64,000 bases of DNA, from assembly GCF_016432865.1 (NCBI RefSeq), contig NC_067403.1, positions 4,650,001 to 4,714,000 on the forward strand. Reading direction: 5' to 3'. The translations under genes and the position numbers were made by a program. This DNA is from Antechinus flavipes (lineage: Eukaryota). Below the pieces are notes generated by a model. It worked only from the letters and a program-made list of their open reading frames with translations, did not search any database and was not told where the DNA came from. The number at the start of each line of letters is the position of its first letter. Position 1 is the first letter of the stretch. Shown here one piece after another: positions 23,008 through 35,744 of the stretch.

Positions 23008-25181
23008 CATAATAATCCATTTTGCATTTATATTGCTGTATTAAGATAACAAAATATATTTTATTGGTTTTATTATTGATATGGCTAATTATGCTGATAG
23101 TTTTTTTCCAATATTGACCTAGACCCACATTTTTTTGTATGAATCCACTTAATCATAGTATATGATCTTTGTGATATGATATTGTAATCTCCTTAATAGT
23201 ATTTTATTTTTTAAAATTCCATTAACATTCATTTAGGGAATTGGTCTATCATCTTTCTCTGTTCTCACTCTTCATTCTTCATACTAGTATGAAGTACTCT
23301 TTGTTATAAAAGAAATTTGGTATTTCTTTTTTTTTTGTCTTTTTTTTTCATATGATTTACATAGTATTGGAATTGACTATTTTTAAATGTTTTGTAAAAT
23401 ACTCTTGTGTGTCCTTCTGGTCCTTGGGATTTTTTCCTTACAGAGCTCTCTACTGACTTATTCAACTTCTTTTTAAGATGAGGTTATATAACTATTCTTT
23501 TTCTTCATCTGTGAATGTAGACAATTTAAATTGTTATATCATACAGGGCAAAATAATCACTAATAACTGACTTAATTTCATCTTCACTGGTGTTGAATTT
23601 ATCCTTTTAATTTTTGATACTCAATTTGCTTTTCTTCTTTTTAAAAATCAGATTTATTAATAGTTTATTTATTTGGTTCCCCCACACACACATAAAACAA
23701 AGTTTTAGTTCTATTTCTTAGTTGGTTGTCTTTTCTTACATTCAATTTTTTAAATCTCACTCATGATTTTCTAAATTGGTGTTCAAAAGGAGATTTTTTA
23801 ACTTGTTATTTGTCTAAATTTTAGTTGCATTTCTAATTCACTGATCTCCTCTTTTACTATTTTATTGATATAAGCATTTAGAGATATAAATTTTCCCCTA
23901 ATTACTGCTTTGGCTACATCCCATAAATGTTGCTATGTCATTTCATTGTTGTCATTCCTTTTAATGAAATTATTTATTGCTTTTACAATTTATTTGAGTC
24001 ACTCTTTCTTTAGAATTATTTAGTTCCTAAGTAAATTTTAATCTATGATTACATGACTATTTCTTGAATATAATTTTATTGCAAGTATGGTTTGAAAAGG
24101 ATGCATTTATCATTTCTGCCTTTCTGCATTTGATTAGGAAGTGTTTATATGCTAACACATGGATAATTTTCATGAAGGTGCCATGTAGAGTTGAGAAAAA
24201 AGTAGACCCCTTTCTATTGCCTTTCAATTTTCTTCAGAGGTTTATCACATATAATGTTTATAAAAAAATATTCATCTCCTTTACTTAATTCTTATTTATT
24301 TTATGGTTAAATTTCTCTAATACTGAAAGGAAAAAATGGGGTCCCTTACTAGTATAGTTTTATTTTTGTTTCCTTTTATAACTCATTCAATTTCTTTCTT
24401 TAACAATTTTAATATTATACTATTTGGTGCACATATGTTTTTAGTATTGATATTACTTCATTGTCTATGGTATTTTTGCACAAGATGTAGTTTTCCAGAT
24501 TATCTCTTTATTCAGGCAATTCTTTGATTTTGCTTTGTCTGAAATAATAATTGCTACTTACATTGTTGTTTTTAACCTTATCTGAAGCATAACTGATTCT
24601 CTTCTAGTCTCTTATTTTTAATCTGCTTTTGAAAACACATATTGTTGGATTCTGTTTGATACATGAGTTCATTTCATTCACATTCAATGTTATGATTATT
24701 AACAAACTCTTTTTCCCTCTCCTTCTGCCTTTTTCCTCTTCTTGCACTCTCTCCCTATCCCTCTCCTTCCTTTCCCATCTCCTTTGGTCTCCCTCTCCCC
24801 TGTTCCCCAATTCCTCTTTAAAGTTTTCTTTTACTTCTGATGATCCTTTCCTTGAACAGCTCTCTCTTTTGCCAATCCCTTCTTTTTTTTTCTCCTCTCT
24901 TTTTCCTCTTACTTCCTGATAGGGTAAAATAGATTTCTCTACTCAACTAACTTTCTATGTTATATTCTCTTTGAGCCAAATCCAATGAAAGTTTAAACAT
25001 TTCCTGCCACTTCCATCATCCTCTCCATTGTAAAAAAAAAAAAAAAAAAAAAGTACCTCTTTTATGTGAGAGAATTTCCCCACTTTCTTCCCTCCCTTTC
25101 CCCTTCTCCAAGTGCTTCCTTCTCTTTCATTGAAATCATCTCATTGTAGTCAACTCATACCTACTCATATTCTCTCTAAAA

Positions 25182-25773
25182 TGTTATATTCTCTGTTGGG
25201 GTTTTCTTGGGTCTCTGGAGGCAACCTTCGTTTCAGTTCAGTAATCGCCACGAGTGCAACCATCTGTTAAAGTCCAAATCCTTTATTGTCTCTTTCAAAG
25301 TCTTATCTCCTTCACTGGGGCTAGTTTTCTGGGGGCCTTCCAGAGTCTTGGTTTCAGTGGAGAAGTGAAGGAGGACAGCATGCCATCAATATGTGGTGTG
25401 AGATGGGGTGAATCTGAGTCCAAGGATTTGTGCTCCAGCCTTCAGCCTCCAGCCTTCTGTCCTCTTGTCTCTCTGAATCTCCTGGCTGAGGCTTCTAGCT
25501 TATAAGCTCCACAGTGAGTACAAACCAATCATTATATCACTAGGAAACCATTAATTGTTGTAGGATTAAGTCAATGCTAAAATGGACTTAACCATTGCCT
25601 CCTCAATTGCACTTAGTACCTTGTTTCAAGTTCTGGCCCATAACATCTCCTTGTAGGATTAAATCAATCATCCTGAACCATGCTAAATTAGATAACTATT
25701 ATCTCTATCAATTCCACTGACTTAGTACCTTGAAAGTTCCTTTGTTTCAAGTTCAGAGTTATGGCCCATAACA
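25182..25773 (-). mobile_element. Solo ERV LTR (592 bp), same family as 32487-33006, with a duplicated 5' segment
   Basis: TGTTAT...ATAACA termini; minus-strand start TGTTATGGGCCATAACTCTGAACTTGAAACAA matches TGTAATGGGCCAGAACTCTGTCCTTGAAACAA at 32487; AATAAA on minus (TTTATT 25282-25287). No TSD found. Confidence 0.85.
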
Positions 25774-26396
25774 CATACCTGTACCTTATGTGTATGTATA
25801 CTTCTGATTCCTCCAGAAATTAGAAACTTACTGGGAAGCACAAGTATCATTCTCCCATATATAAATGTAAACTTCTTATCCTTATTGAATTCCTCATGAT
25901 TTCTTTTTCATGTTCTTTTTATGTTTCTCTTGAGTCTTGTGTTTAAAGGTCAAGTTTCCTATTCTGCTCTGGTCTTTTCATCAGGAATACTTAGAAGTCC
26001 TCTATTTCATTAAATATCCTAACCCCTCCATCCTCCAATAAATGATTATACTCAATTTTGCTGAGTAGATGATTCTTGGTTGTAATTGATTCTTGGTTGT
26101 AATCCTAACTCCTTTACTCTCCAGATTATCATATTTCAAACCCTCTTATCTTTTAATATGGAGAATATTGTCTGATGCTAACTATGGCTTCATGATATTT
26201 GAAATGTTTCTATTTGCAATATTTTATTTTCCTCGACTTGGGAATTTTGAAATTGCACTATAATTTTCTCAGAAGTTTTCATTTTAATGCTCATTTCAGG
26301 GAATGGTTAGCGAATTCTTTCTTTTTTTTATTTTATCCTCTGGGTATAAGATATCGGGACAGTTTTTATAAACATCTCTTGAAAAATGTTGCCTAG

Positions 26397-27120
26397 TATC
26401 CCAAAGAGATTTTAAAGATAAAGGATCGTGTAAAGATACAGGAAAGGGGCATGTATGTGCAAGAATGTTTGTGGCAGCCCTGTTTGTAGTGACCAGAAAC
26501 TGGACACTCAGTGGATGCCCATCAGCTGGAGAATGGCTGAATAAATTGTGGTATATGAATATTATGGAATATTATTGTTCTGTAAGAAATGACCAGCAGG
26601 ATGATTTCAGAAAGGCCTGGAGAGACTTATAGGAACTAATGCTGAGTGAAATGAGGCAGGACCAGGAGATCATTATATACTTCAACAACAATACTATATG
26701 ATGATCAATTCTGATGGACGTGTCCCTCTTCAACAATGAGATGAACCAAATCAGTTCCAATAGAGCAGTAATGAACTGAACCAGCTACACCCAGTGAAAG
26801 AACTGTGGGAGATGACTATAGAACTCCCAATCCCTCTATTTTTTGTACCCCTGCATTTTTGATTTCCTTCACAGGCTAAGTGTACACTATTTCAAAGTCT
26901 GACTCTTTTTTATACAGCAAATTAACTGTTTGGACATGCATACATATATTATATTTAACTTATACTTTAACATATTTAACATATATTGGTCAACCTGCCA
27001 TCTGGGGGGAAGGAGGAAAAAAGTTGGAACAAAAGGATTTGCAGTTGTCAATGCTGAAAAATTACCTATGCATATATCTTGTAAATAAAAAGCTATAAAA
27101 ATAATTATAGTAAAAAAGAA
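26397..27120 (+). mobile_element. Young 5'-truncated LINE-1 (724 bp) with a perfect 15-bp TSD
   Basis: AAAAATGTTGCCTAG at 26382-26396 and 27121-27135; ORF2 C-terminal text GGCTGAATAAATTGTGGTATATGAATATTATGGAATATTATTG; A-rich tail. Confidence 0.97.
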
Positions 27121-28799
27121 AAAAATGTTGCCTAGGATCTTTATTTATTTGTTCATCCATCCATTTATTTATTTATTTAAGAAGCTCTTTTTGATAGTGA
27201 CTTTTATTACAATAATTCTTAAATTATCTCTCCTTAATCTATTTTTTAAATCCACTGTTTTTCCAAAATTATTGTTCACATTGTTTTCTCTTTTTCCCAT
27301 TCTTTTAATTTTGTTTGATACTTCCTTGATGTCTTGACGGTTTAAACTTGTCTAATTCTGACTTTTAAAGAATTATGTTCTTTAATGAACTTTTGTAGCT
27401 TTTCCCATTTGGTCAATTTCACTTCTGAGGGAGTCATTTTCTTCAATGAGTTTTTGTACCTCTTTTTCAATTTGGCCAATCCTGCTTTTTAAGATGTTAT
27501 TTCTCTTCAGTGTTGTTTCTGTCTCTTTTTACCAATGTTGAATTTTCATAATTTTCTTGGATTACTCTCATTTCTTTTCAAAATGTTGCCTCTGTTTCTT
27601 TTATTTCATTTTGAAAAACTGTTTTGGAAATTATCTAAGAATTCTTGTGGAATTTGAATTGAATTCCTACTTTTTCTTTGACATTTTGCCTAGAGTTGCT
27701 TCAGAGCTGTCTTTTTCTGGGCTTCTATCTTGATCTTCCCTGTCATCATAGTAATTTGTTACAATCAGGTTCCTTTTTTGTGTTTTTTTTTTTCATTTCT
27801 ACAGATATTTATTGATTTTAATTTTATGTCACAGTCTTGCTCTGCTCCTAGTGGGGGCGCTTCAGCCTTTTCTCACTGCTGTTTTCACAGCACTACTGAG
27901 GGGGGATAGGTTTGGGGTGCATTTTCTGGATCACCGCCATCACATAAGAAAAAGATATATGTTGGATATGGGAGTAGGTTGTTAAGAGAGTTCAACAAAA
28001 TACTCTTGAGAGTACAGTAACAGGCTTCCTTATGAAAACCTGAGCTTCAGAATTCTGTATAGTAGCATAACAGATTAATAAACCAGGAGAGTCTTAAGTA
28101 AATATGTCAGAAATTAGAACATATAAAATATATAACTTTGTGAAACTGAGAGAAACTTTAGGTAAAAGAACATAACACAACTCCAAGAATATACAATGTG
28201 AGAGATCAGAACAGATCGTAACTTTTCTAGATTGCAAACTGCGTGAGGGTAGAGACTTACATCATTTTTCTTCAATATCTACTCTTCCATTAGGCTTATT
28301 CATTGAACTTTGCACAGAATTCATTGATTAATAAATCTCTGTTGAATTGCAAAATAATAATAGATTTTCAATATAGTTAAGCCAGAATTATATTACTTTC
28401 AGCAGCAGACATTTCTAAGAAATATTTTTTGTTAGACTATACAAAATGATTTGTTTTTAATAAGATAACACATTTCTCTAAAACAGTAGTTTCTTGATTC
28501 ATATTCACCAAAGAAGGTATGGCCTGTCCCTGTGAATAATGATCTAAGGAGAACTATCTTAGCTAGGTAATTAGCTTATCACAGGGATTTGGGTTCTCTA
28601 ACTCTTGATCTATTCTTTTTTTTTTTTTCTTTCTTTCTTTCTTTCCATCCTTTACAGTGACAACTCCTTTGCTTCCTGGGACCTATATCCATGTTCTAAA
28701 TCTCTATTACTTGTTTATCATTTGCTACGAGAGGTATTATATAAAGAAAGAGGTTTTTTAAGCACCTGGGCTCCCCCAACCTTGTCATTCCCTTAGCCC

Positions 28800-29340
28800 A
28801 AGATCTATTTTTTTAAATCAATATTTTAATTTCATTAAATAATTTTCAATTACATGTAAATCAATTTAACATTTTTAAATTGACTTTTGAATTTTCTCCC
28901 TTCTATGCTTAACCTCTTGTTTTGAAAATAATTTGATATCAATCATATTTTTAAAGTCATATAAAACTTATTTCCATATTAACCAGGTTGTAAATAATAC
29001 ACATGCAAGAAAAAAAAAGCAATAAAAATAAAGGAAAAATTTAAAGTATACTTCAATCTGCATTCAGAGTTTATCACTTCTTTTCCCTGGAGGTAAATAG
29101 AATTTTTCACCATGGCTCATTTGGCATTGTCTTGGACAATTGCCTTGATCAGTGTAGCTAAGACTTTCACTGTTGATCATCTTTAGAATATTGCTGTTAC
29201 TGTATATAATGTTCTCTGCCTCTGCTCATTTCACTTTGCATGAATTCATGTGTCTCAGCTTTTTCTTAAACCATCCCTCTTGTCATTTCTTATACAACAA
29301 TAGTATTCCATCACAATTATATATGGAACATTTCTCTGCA
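28800..29340 (-). mobile_element. Older LINE-1 3' end
   Basis: T-rich tail, then CTTCAATCTGCATTCAGAGTT...TTTCACTTTGCATGAATTCATG...CAATAGTATTCCATCACAATTATAT. Confidence 0.85.
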
Positions 29341-29959
29341 ACTCAGTTTGGTCAGCTGTGAAATGATAGTTGAACTAGATGAGCTCTAAGGTCTCTTCCA
29401 ACTCAACTCTAAATCTTCTGGTAGCATGACCTTATAAAGCAGGTGTCAAATCTGGCGTACCACCTCATTGTGTATGGCCAACAAATAAGAATTTTGAAAT
29501 ATATGTAACTGGAATAAAAATTTATTATGCTTTTAAAATCATTCTCTGCACATGCTGTAAATGAAGACAGTCAGTTCATTGCTTTTCTGTGGTTAAAACA
29601 GAGGGGGACCTGAGAACTAAGAATATAGAAAGTAGGAGTTCATGGAGTCTTAGAACATGGAATGAATTCTGGCAACCATCACATTCATTTTAGGATAATT
29701 CAGAAAGGAGAAAGGGGGAAAGGAGGAGAAGAAATACAATTTTATATGCACTTCTACTATAATGTTATGAAATACCAAGTATATTTTGTATAAATAAGAA
29801 TAATACCAGGGATTCCCTATTCCCTTTATTAATCACATGTTAAATGTGAATTACTGTATTAGGTTATATAATAATGAATAAGATGCCCTGTTTTGTATGC
29901 ATTATGGTCTGTTAGCCAAGGAGAATACTTACAAAACATGATCCTTAATAATCAAATTG

Positions 29960-30420
29960 CTCTGCAGTAGTCTACTATTACTTTCTCCATCTTTTCCACT
30001 CCTCCATTCAATATCATATACTTTGATTTTTGTCTCCACAACTCTCTATCTCCTGAAACAGCTCTCTCTGAGGTCAGCAATGTCTAAATCCAACATTTCC
30101 ATCTTATCCTTTAAATCTCTATAAGATCAGATTCTATGGATGACTCTATCCTTCATGTGTCTTCCTCTTCTCTTGGTTTCCATGACACTGAACTCTCACA
30201 ATTCTACCTAGCCTGCAAGTGAATATCATCTGTCTGTTTTAAACCAAATTTTTATGTTTCTTTTGTAATTGAAACATATATATCCATGGAGATTCTGTCC
30301 TAAGCTATCTTTCTTTCCTCTCTCTCTCTCTCTCCACCCTCTCCCTTATTGATTTTCCTCTTTCCTATTGAATACCAGAAGAGGCTTTCTGGACTCATTA
30401 CCTCCACTTCCACTTCTCAT
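29960..30420 (+). mobile_element. LINE-2 ORF2 (RT region) fragment
   Basis: CTGAAACAGCTCTCTCTGAGGTCAGCAATG (ETALSEVSN) and TCTTGGTTTCCATGACAC (LGFHDT), typical decayed L2 RT motifs. Confidence 0.7.
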
Positions 30421-31254
30421 TCTTGAAATAAATTAAAAGCCCAAGAAATAAGAGGTAATGTGATCATTGTATTAATTAGCAAATAATCAATAATTTCTGG
30501 TCAGTAGTTTTTCTCAAAAAAAAAAAAACAAAGACCAACATTAGAGATCATTGGCTTCAAAATCTTTGGAAAAAGTGGGTGTCTGCAACAGGCAGGGATC
30601 AACCCTGATTTGTGAACAGTCAATGAGGAGATACATTAGGAGATGGGTGAAAACCTCGAGCTCGTGCATCTGAAAACATGGCTTGATGATGAGCCAGCTG
30701 TCTCTAACTATCTCACCAAAGGAATCCATTTCCACTCAGACCATTTAAGTTGAACAACGGGGTTTCAAGGAAGTGAACCTAATGCTTTTTAGGGCAAGAA
30801 TTAACTGAGGTTAGATTCTCTTTAACTCTCCTATTTATATGGGATCCTGCCCAAGATTAAGGAGAATGTCCTGGAGGATTAGGCCAAACTCATCATTAGC
30901 TCAGTCTTTCAGAAACTTCAAGAGTTATTCCTTCAATTAGGAAGTAAAAAAAAGAAAAGAAAAACTAATATTTGTTATTAATAATAGAAGAAATCATTTC
31001 TCTTGTTAAAATTGCTAACTGCTCAATTGAAACTCTTTGTTCTACAGTTATCAATGATCTTTTAAGAGCCACATATAAAGGTTTTGTAAAAGTTATCATG
31101 GGAGTGAATCAAGTGATTTTGTTCAGAAATATAAGATTTTACCAAATCCTTTCCTCACCTCAAAATTCTGTGAGATGAGTGGCGTAGATTTTTTTTTTTA
31201 ATTACACCAGTTCTGCAGGTGTGAAAACTCAGATTCAGAGTAGTAAAGTAACTT

Positions 31255-31480
31255 GTTGTTTGTCATTCATTCTCAGAAAGCACCATAATGTCAGGGAAAT
31301 CATGTTATGACATGCAAGTGAATTGGATTTGTGGGAGGGAGGACCATGCAAAATCATTAGGAGCTAGTGGTCAGATATAAAGCAGGATAATTGGAGATGA
31401 CTCCTGGATGCAGTGAGAGATCTTGGATTTTTTAAGCTAAAGTCTTTGACAGGTCCTACTTTGACTGAGGTAGTCCTAAT
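31255..31480 (-). mobile_element. RTE-associated marsupial SINE (WALLSI/MAR4-like)
   Basis: TTGTTGTTTGTCATTCATTCTC...ATGACATGCAAGTGAATTGGATTT...GGATGCAGTGAGAGATCTTGG; (CAA)n tail on minus; homologous to 47130-47460. Confidence 0.7.
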
Positions 31481-32329
31481 CAGTTATTAAGGCTAGGTAA
31501 GAAATAAGGCCAAAATGGCTTGTTTTTTTAATCTAGTGAAAAACAAAAAAGAAAATCAGTCTGGATGGGGAAGACTCTGGGTTTCCGGCCAAAGCAGAAA
31601 CAGTTAATTAATATTATAATGTAGGAATTATCATCTGGGGGATCAGGAAATGCCTCATGGAGGAGTGAGCATTTGAGCTGAGCTTTGAAGGAAAGTCTGA
31701 ATGGGTAATGGGAGGCCAAAAAGAGGAAGGAGTATATTACAGCCACAAAAGGTCAATCTATACAAGTACCTAGAGAAGGAAATTCAATTTCACATTTGAG
31801 AACCAGGAAAAAAAAATGCTAATTTGATTTGATCATTGATTTTATGAAAACAATGGATAGGAAGACTGGAAAGCTAGACTGAAGCACGTTTAGAATGGCT
31901 TCCTTCATAAAAAGACAGAGAACTATTGCTGGAGCTCTACTGAAAATCCTTTCAGCTTTGTTTGAGGAAGTACTAATGTGAAGACATGGCATGAACTTGT
32001 GCTCCACTGACAGTCTTCCAGAAACCAAGGTAATCTTCATTTGCCAATGAGGATTGTAACTTTCCCTGATTACCCCCCATGGCCCGGCAGTCAAATGTTT
32101 GCAGTAATCATACTTCCTGAGTGAACCTATAATCAACACGCCTAATCTAAAACATTTATCCCTAGAAAGGAAATACCATTTTTTTCCTGCAAAGCAGACA
32201 ATACACATGATTCAATTTGAATTTTTGATTTGTTGAGTATAATTTAAGAATTTGCTTTTCTGGAAAAATACCCAACATCTCTGTGTTTCAATGCAATCTA
32301 GCTTCTTGAATAGTGTGTATTGTATCACA

Positions 32330-33050
32330 CTTAGTTAGAATGGGTTGGATACTAGCAGAGGGAGTACTTGGAGGGGACTTGGATTCCAATCTGACTTCAA
32401 ATAACTAGTATCTGTGCAGTAAGAATCACATTTCTTAGCTGTTAGATCCTCAGTCTTGTCGTCTATGAAGTGGATATAATAATAATTGTAATGGGCCAGA
32501 ACTCTGTCCTTGAAACAAGGATTCTTACAAGTTGTTAACTGGGTGGAATTGATAAGACAATGGTTATCTAATTTATCATGGTGGTTAATAGTTCTCTAAT
32601 TCAGTAGGATTGAATTAGTGTTACAACAAATAATGGTTCCTAGGGATATAATGATTGGCTTGTACTCAGTATGATGAATGGATTTAACTGTAATAGAGTA
32701 TTTAAGAGGTCAGAGTCAGACCTAGAGAGGACTCGGACACAGACTCAGAGAGGACTCGGACACAGACTAGGAGAAGACAGAGAATTGGAGGCTGGAGCTG
32801 GCTGGCCTGTCCTCCTGCTTCCCCAACTGAGACCAAGGCCTATCTGAAAGGCCTCCAGAAAGCTAGCCCGGGCTCCAGGCAAGGAGACAGATTGTGAAGG
32901 AAACAATAAAGAATTTGGACTTCGTCCCTGGCTATTCTCCTGATGATTACTCAGCTGAAATGAAGGCTGGCCCAAAGACCTCCAGAAAGTTAACCAGAAC
33001 ACTACAAATAACAATAATTTTACTACCTAGGATTATGATGAAAATTGAAT
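32330..33050 (+). mobile_element. MIR-type SINE split by the solo LTR
   Basis: Core CCTCAGTCTTGTCGTCTATGAAGTGG...ATAATAAT before 32487; tail AATAATTTTACTACCTAGGATTATGATGAAAATTG after 33006. Confidence 0.7.
32487..33006 (+). mobile_element. Solo ERV LTR (520 bp)
   Basis: TG...CA termini; near-TSD AATAAT / AATAAC; TATA-like GTATTTAAG at about 32697; AATAAA at 32905-32910; 23-bp-period tandem AGAGAGGACTCGGACACAGACT at 32724-32768. Confidence 0.9.
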
Positions 33051-33148
33051 ATATATATACACATATATATATGTGGGAGGCGGTGTATACATATTATGAT
33101 CCATCTTGGCAACTATAGAGTATTAAACAGATAGTTGTTGAAATTGGG

Positions 33149-33151
<3 letters not shown>

Positions 33152-33192
<41 letters not shown>
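33152..33192. repeat. (AC)n microsatellite inside a short tandem duplication
   Basis: Direct read of the sequence. Confidence 0.95.
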
Positions 33193-33197
<5 letters not shown>

Positions 33198-35419
33198 GCA
33201 CACATATATATAACCGTCTTGGCAACTATAGTGTATTGAACAAATACAAGTTGTTGTTATTTTATTCTATATTATTTGGAAAAGGTATTTTCCATCCAGA
33301 AGCTCTAGATTTGCAGTTGAACGAGCACTTAGGGGTCATCTAATACAATTCCCTCCTTTTCAAATTAGGGCAGAGAGCCAGATATACCAAAGAATTGAAT
33401 CAAGGTCCTATAAGTGCAACTAAAAGAAGTTAATGCTCCATGAGCCCAGAAAAACGATTTAATCTCTTGCTTTCTCCATCTTTAAATTGTGAGTGCAAGT
33501 ACTACCTTCCTTAGAAATATTTTAGATTTATAAGTGAGGTGAATTAGGTAAAGCATTTTAAATTCTCCTAGCTATGATATAAACATAATTTATTTATTTA
33601 TTATTTATTGTATTATTCCTGAAATTATAACATAATTTGACAAAACAATACTGGCAGGAAAAGAATCTTAATGACCCCTAAACAATTAGGGATGTCACAA
33701 CCACGCACATTTTCCCAAATACTTTAGTACCAATAATTTGTGCTTCCTATTTTGGTGCTGTTATAATACTTTATATAGAACCTATACTTAAAATAAAAAG
33801 AAAATTTATCTATTGATAGATTCTTTATATGTATACATACAGATGTACATATAGAAAGAGGAAAGGAGGAAGACAGAGATGGAGAGAGACAGAGACAGAG
33901 AATGTGAACACACAGAGAGACATTATTGTGAAAAAAAATATTCATTTATCCTTGTAACTCCTCTCCATGGCCATTTGGTAGAGTAACAACGCTGATACAC
34001 AGACATTACCCAGAAGTCAAAAAACATTCAGGGAATTTTGAGCTGGAAGAAATTTCCTTCTGTTGAGAAATCATGTATTTGAGATGGAGAGAAGACATGC
34101 AAAGAAATGGGGGAAAAAAAAGTGATTTTGAACTGTGCTAGTCTTGCAATCATCTCTTGTCAAGCCATCAGGGAATTAAAGGACTGGATGCTACTTCACT
34201 AATTTGAAATTGTCAAAATAACTTGATTTGAGACCATGTAATGTGACATAGTATGTATGGAGGAAGAAGGAGAGACATGTGTCGATGAGATGAGGTTGGA
34301 CAGGGTAGCATATCAGGTTTCAAGATAATACTAGAATACTATTCACACACTTTTCTTTCTTTTCCATCCTTGCAATTCTGTTTATTTGCCTGATTTTAAC
34401 TTCTCTTTCCCTTGTCCATTGAGTGGGAATGAGGAAAAAAGATTCAACCCCTCGGATATAGCCACTGAAGTCTGAAGATAAAAACTTGTTCCTTTACATT
34501 TTCCTGTGCTACCCAAAGCTGCTTTTCAAAGGTAGCCTATGTTTAATTATTTATGCTCCAGTCAATGTGCAATGGTATGGGATTGAGAGAGGGGATATTA
34601 ACTTAAAAAAAGAAGAAATTTGCTTCAAGTGCCACTGAGGTGGTAGGGGATGTGAGCCAATTAGAGAATTTTAGCAATATTAGTAATCTCTGAGATACCC
34701 ATGCCCAATAGACCCCTTGTAAACCTGGAGAGGGACAATGACTACAAGAGTCAATTGGCAGCGATAGGTGAAAATTGGTGTGTTTGGCTGTATACAATGT
34801 GCTGTAGGAACAATGTCCCAGAAATGAAAGCTGCTTCTAATAAAAAGGGACATTGGGCAGAGTGTGGCAAACTGGACTTGTTTACAAATTCAGTTGTCCT
34901 AATTCAGCTAGGAATAAGGTATAGGATTCTTCCACTGATAAAAGTGGATTACTGATTTTTTTTTTTTTTAACACGTGGTCCCTTTGCATGCCATGCTAGT
35001 TACCAGGTCAACTAACCACAGAACTAAAATGTCTTAGTAAAATCTTAAATATGTTGACCTGGTTCTGGTTCATCTAATTCTAAAAGGGCAGTGCTCCTTC
35101 TCTGAATCTGCAGTAGCTGCAGCATCTATAATGAGAACTAGCATCTGTAGGGCAGAAGTTCAGGAGACTGTAGCGACAAAGATCAGGAGCAGCAGATGGA
35201 CTCTTTGCATACCGAAATCATCCACAGACTTGGAACCTCAGTAGTTGTCAGTGCAGAGGTCTAAAACAAAACAAAACAAACACAAACACAAACAAGCTAA
35301 AAAAGGTGGAGGGCTACAGGACATAGCAGCTGCAGCAAGGGGGAGTCCCAGAGTGGTCAACTTCCATCAGATCATGGAGGAAGCAACATCCAAGAGGAAG
35401 TTCTTAGACTACATTAAGT

Positions 35420-35530
35420 TGTCTTCTCCAGTCAATTATAAGCTCCTTGAGAAAATGCACTTTTATCTCTTTATGTATTCCAGTGCCTAGCCCAATGTCT
35501 GGCATATAGTAGATATTTAATAAATGTTGA
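35420..35530 (+). mobile_element. LINE-2 3' end
   Basis: TATAAGCTCCTTGAG...CCAGTGCCTAGCCCAATGTCTGGCATATAGTAGATATTTAATAAATGTTG. Confidence 0.88.
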
Positions 35531-35744
35531 CTGGGTGATTTATTGAGTTTGGACATGTTTAGAGGAAAAACATTAAAGAATACTTAGCTGACCCCAAAAT
35601 AGAGCATTGAGGACTCAGACAAAGGATTTTAAAGTTGTCCCAGAAGTTTAACTTTCTTCACCAGAGAACATGAGGTCTCTGGGCATTTATTGGGAAAATT
35701 TAAAATCTTCTTCTTTGGGATACCTGTTTTAGGAAAATTGTTCT

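Larger units (their letters stand above)
22470..27950 (-). mobile_element. Old internally deleted LINE-1 (ORF2 3' part, endonuclease region, spacer, ORF1, 5'UTR) hosting a solo LTR and a younger L1
   Basis: Minus ORF 22551..22733 (ILRFYLISFRLADMREKENDKFWGDVGKIGTLMHYW) is ORF2 C-terminal; EN-region text at about 23850-24560; ORF1-like text at 25900-26380 and 27136-27800. Confidence 0.9.

Noticed and set aside
27843-27860. CCTAGTGGGGGCGCT as a CTCF site
   Set aside because: Spacing mismatches the core motif, and it lies in the L1 5' region.
35160-35210. Minus-strand MQRVHLLLLIFVATVS, resembling a defensin-type signal peptide
   Set aside because: Ends in TGA after 16 codons with no donor; the upstream acceptor is just an (AAAAC)n repeat.
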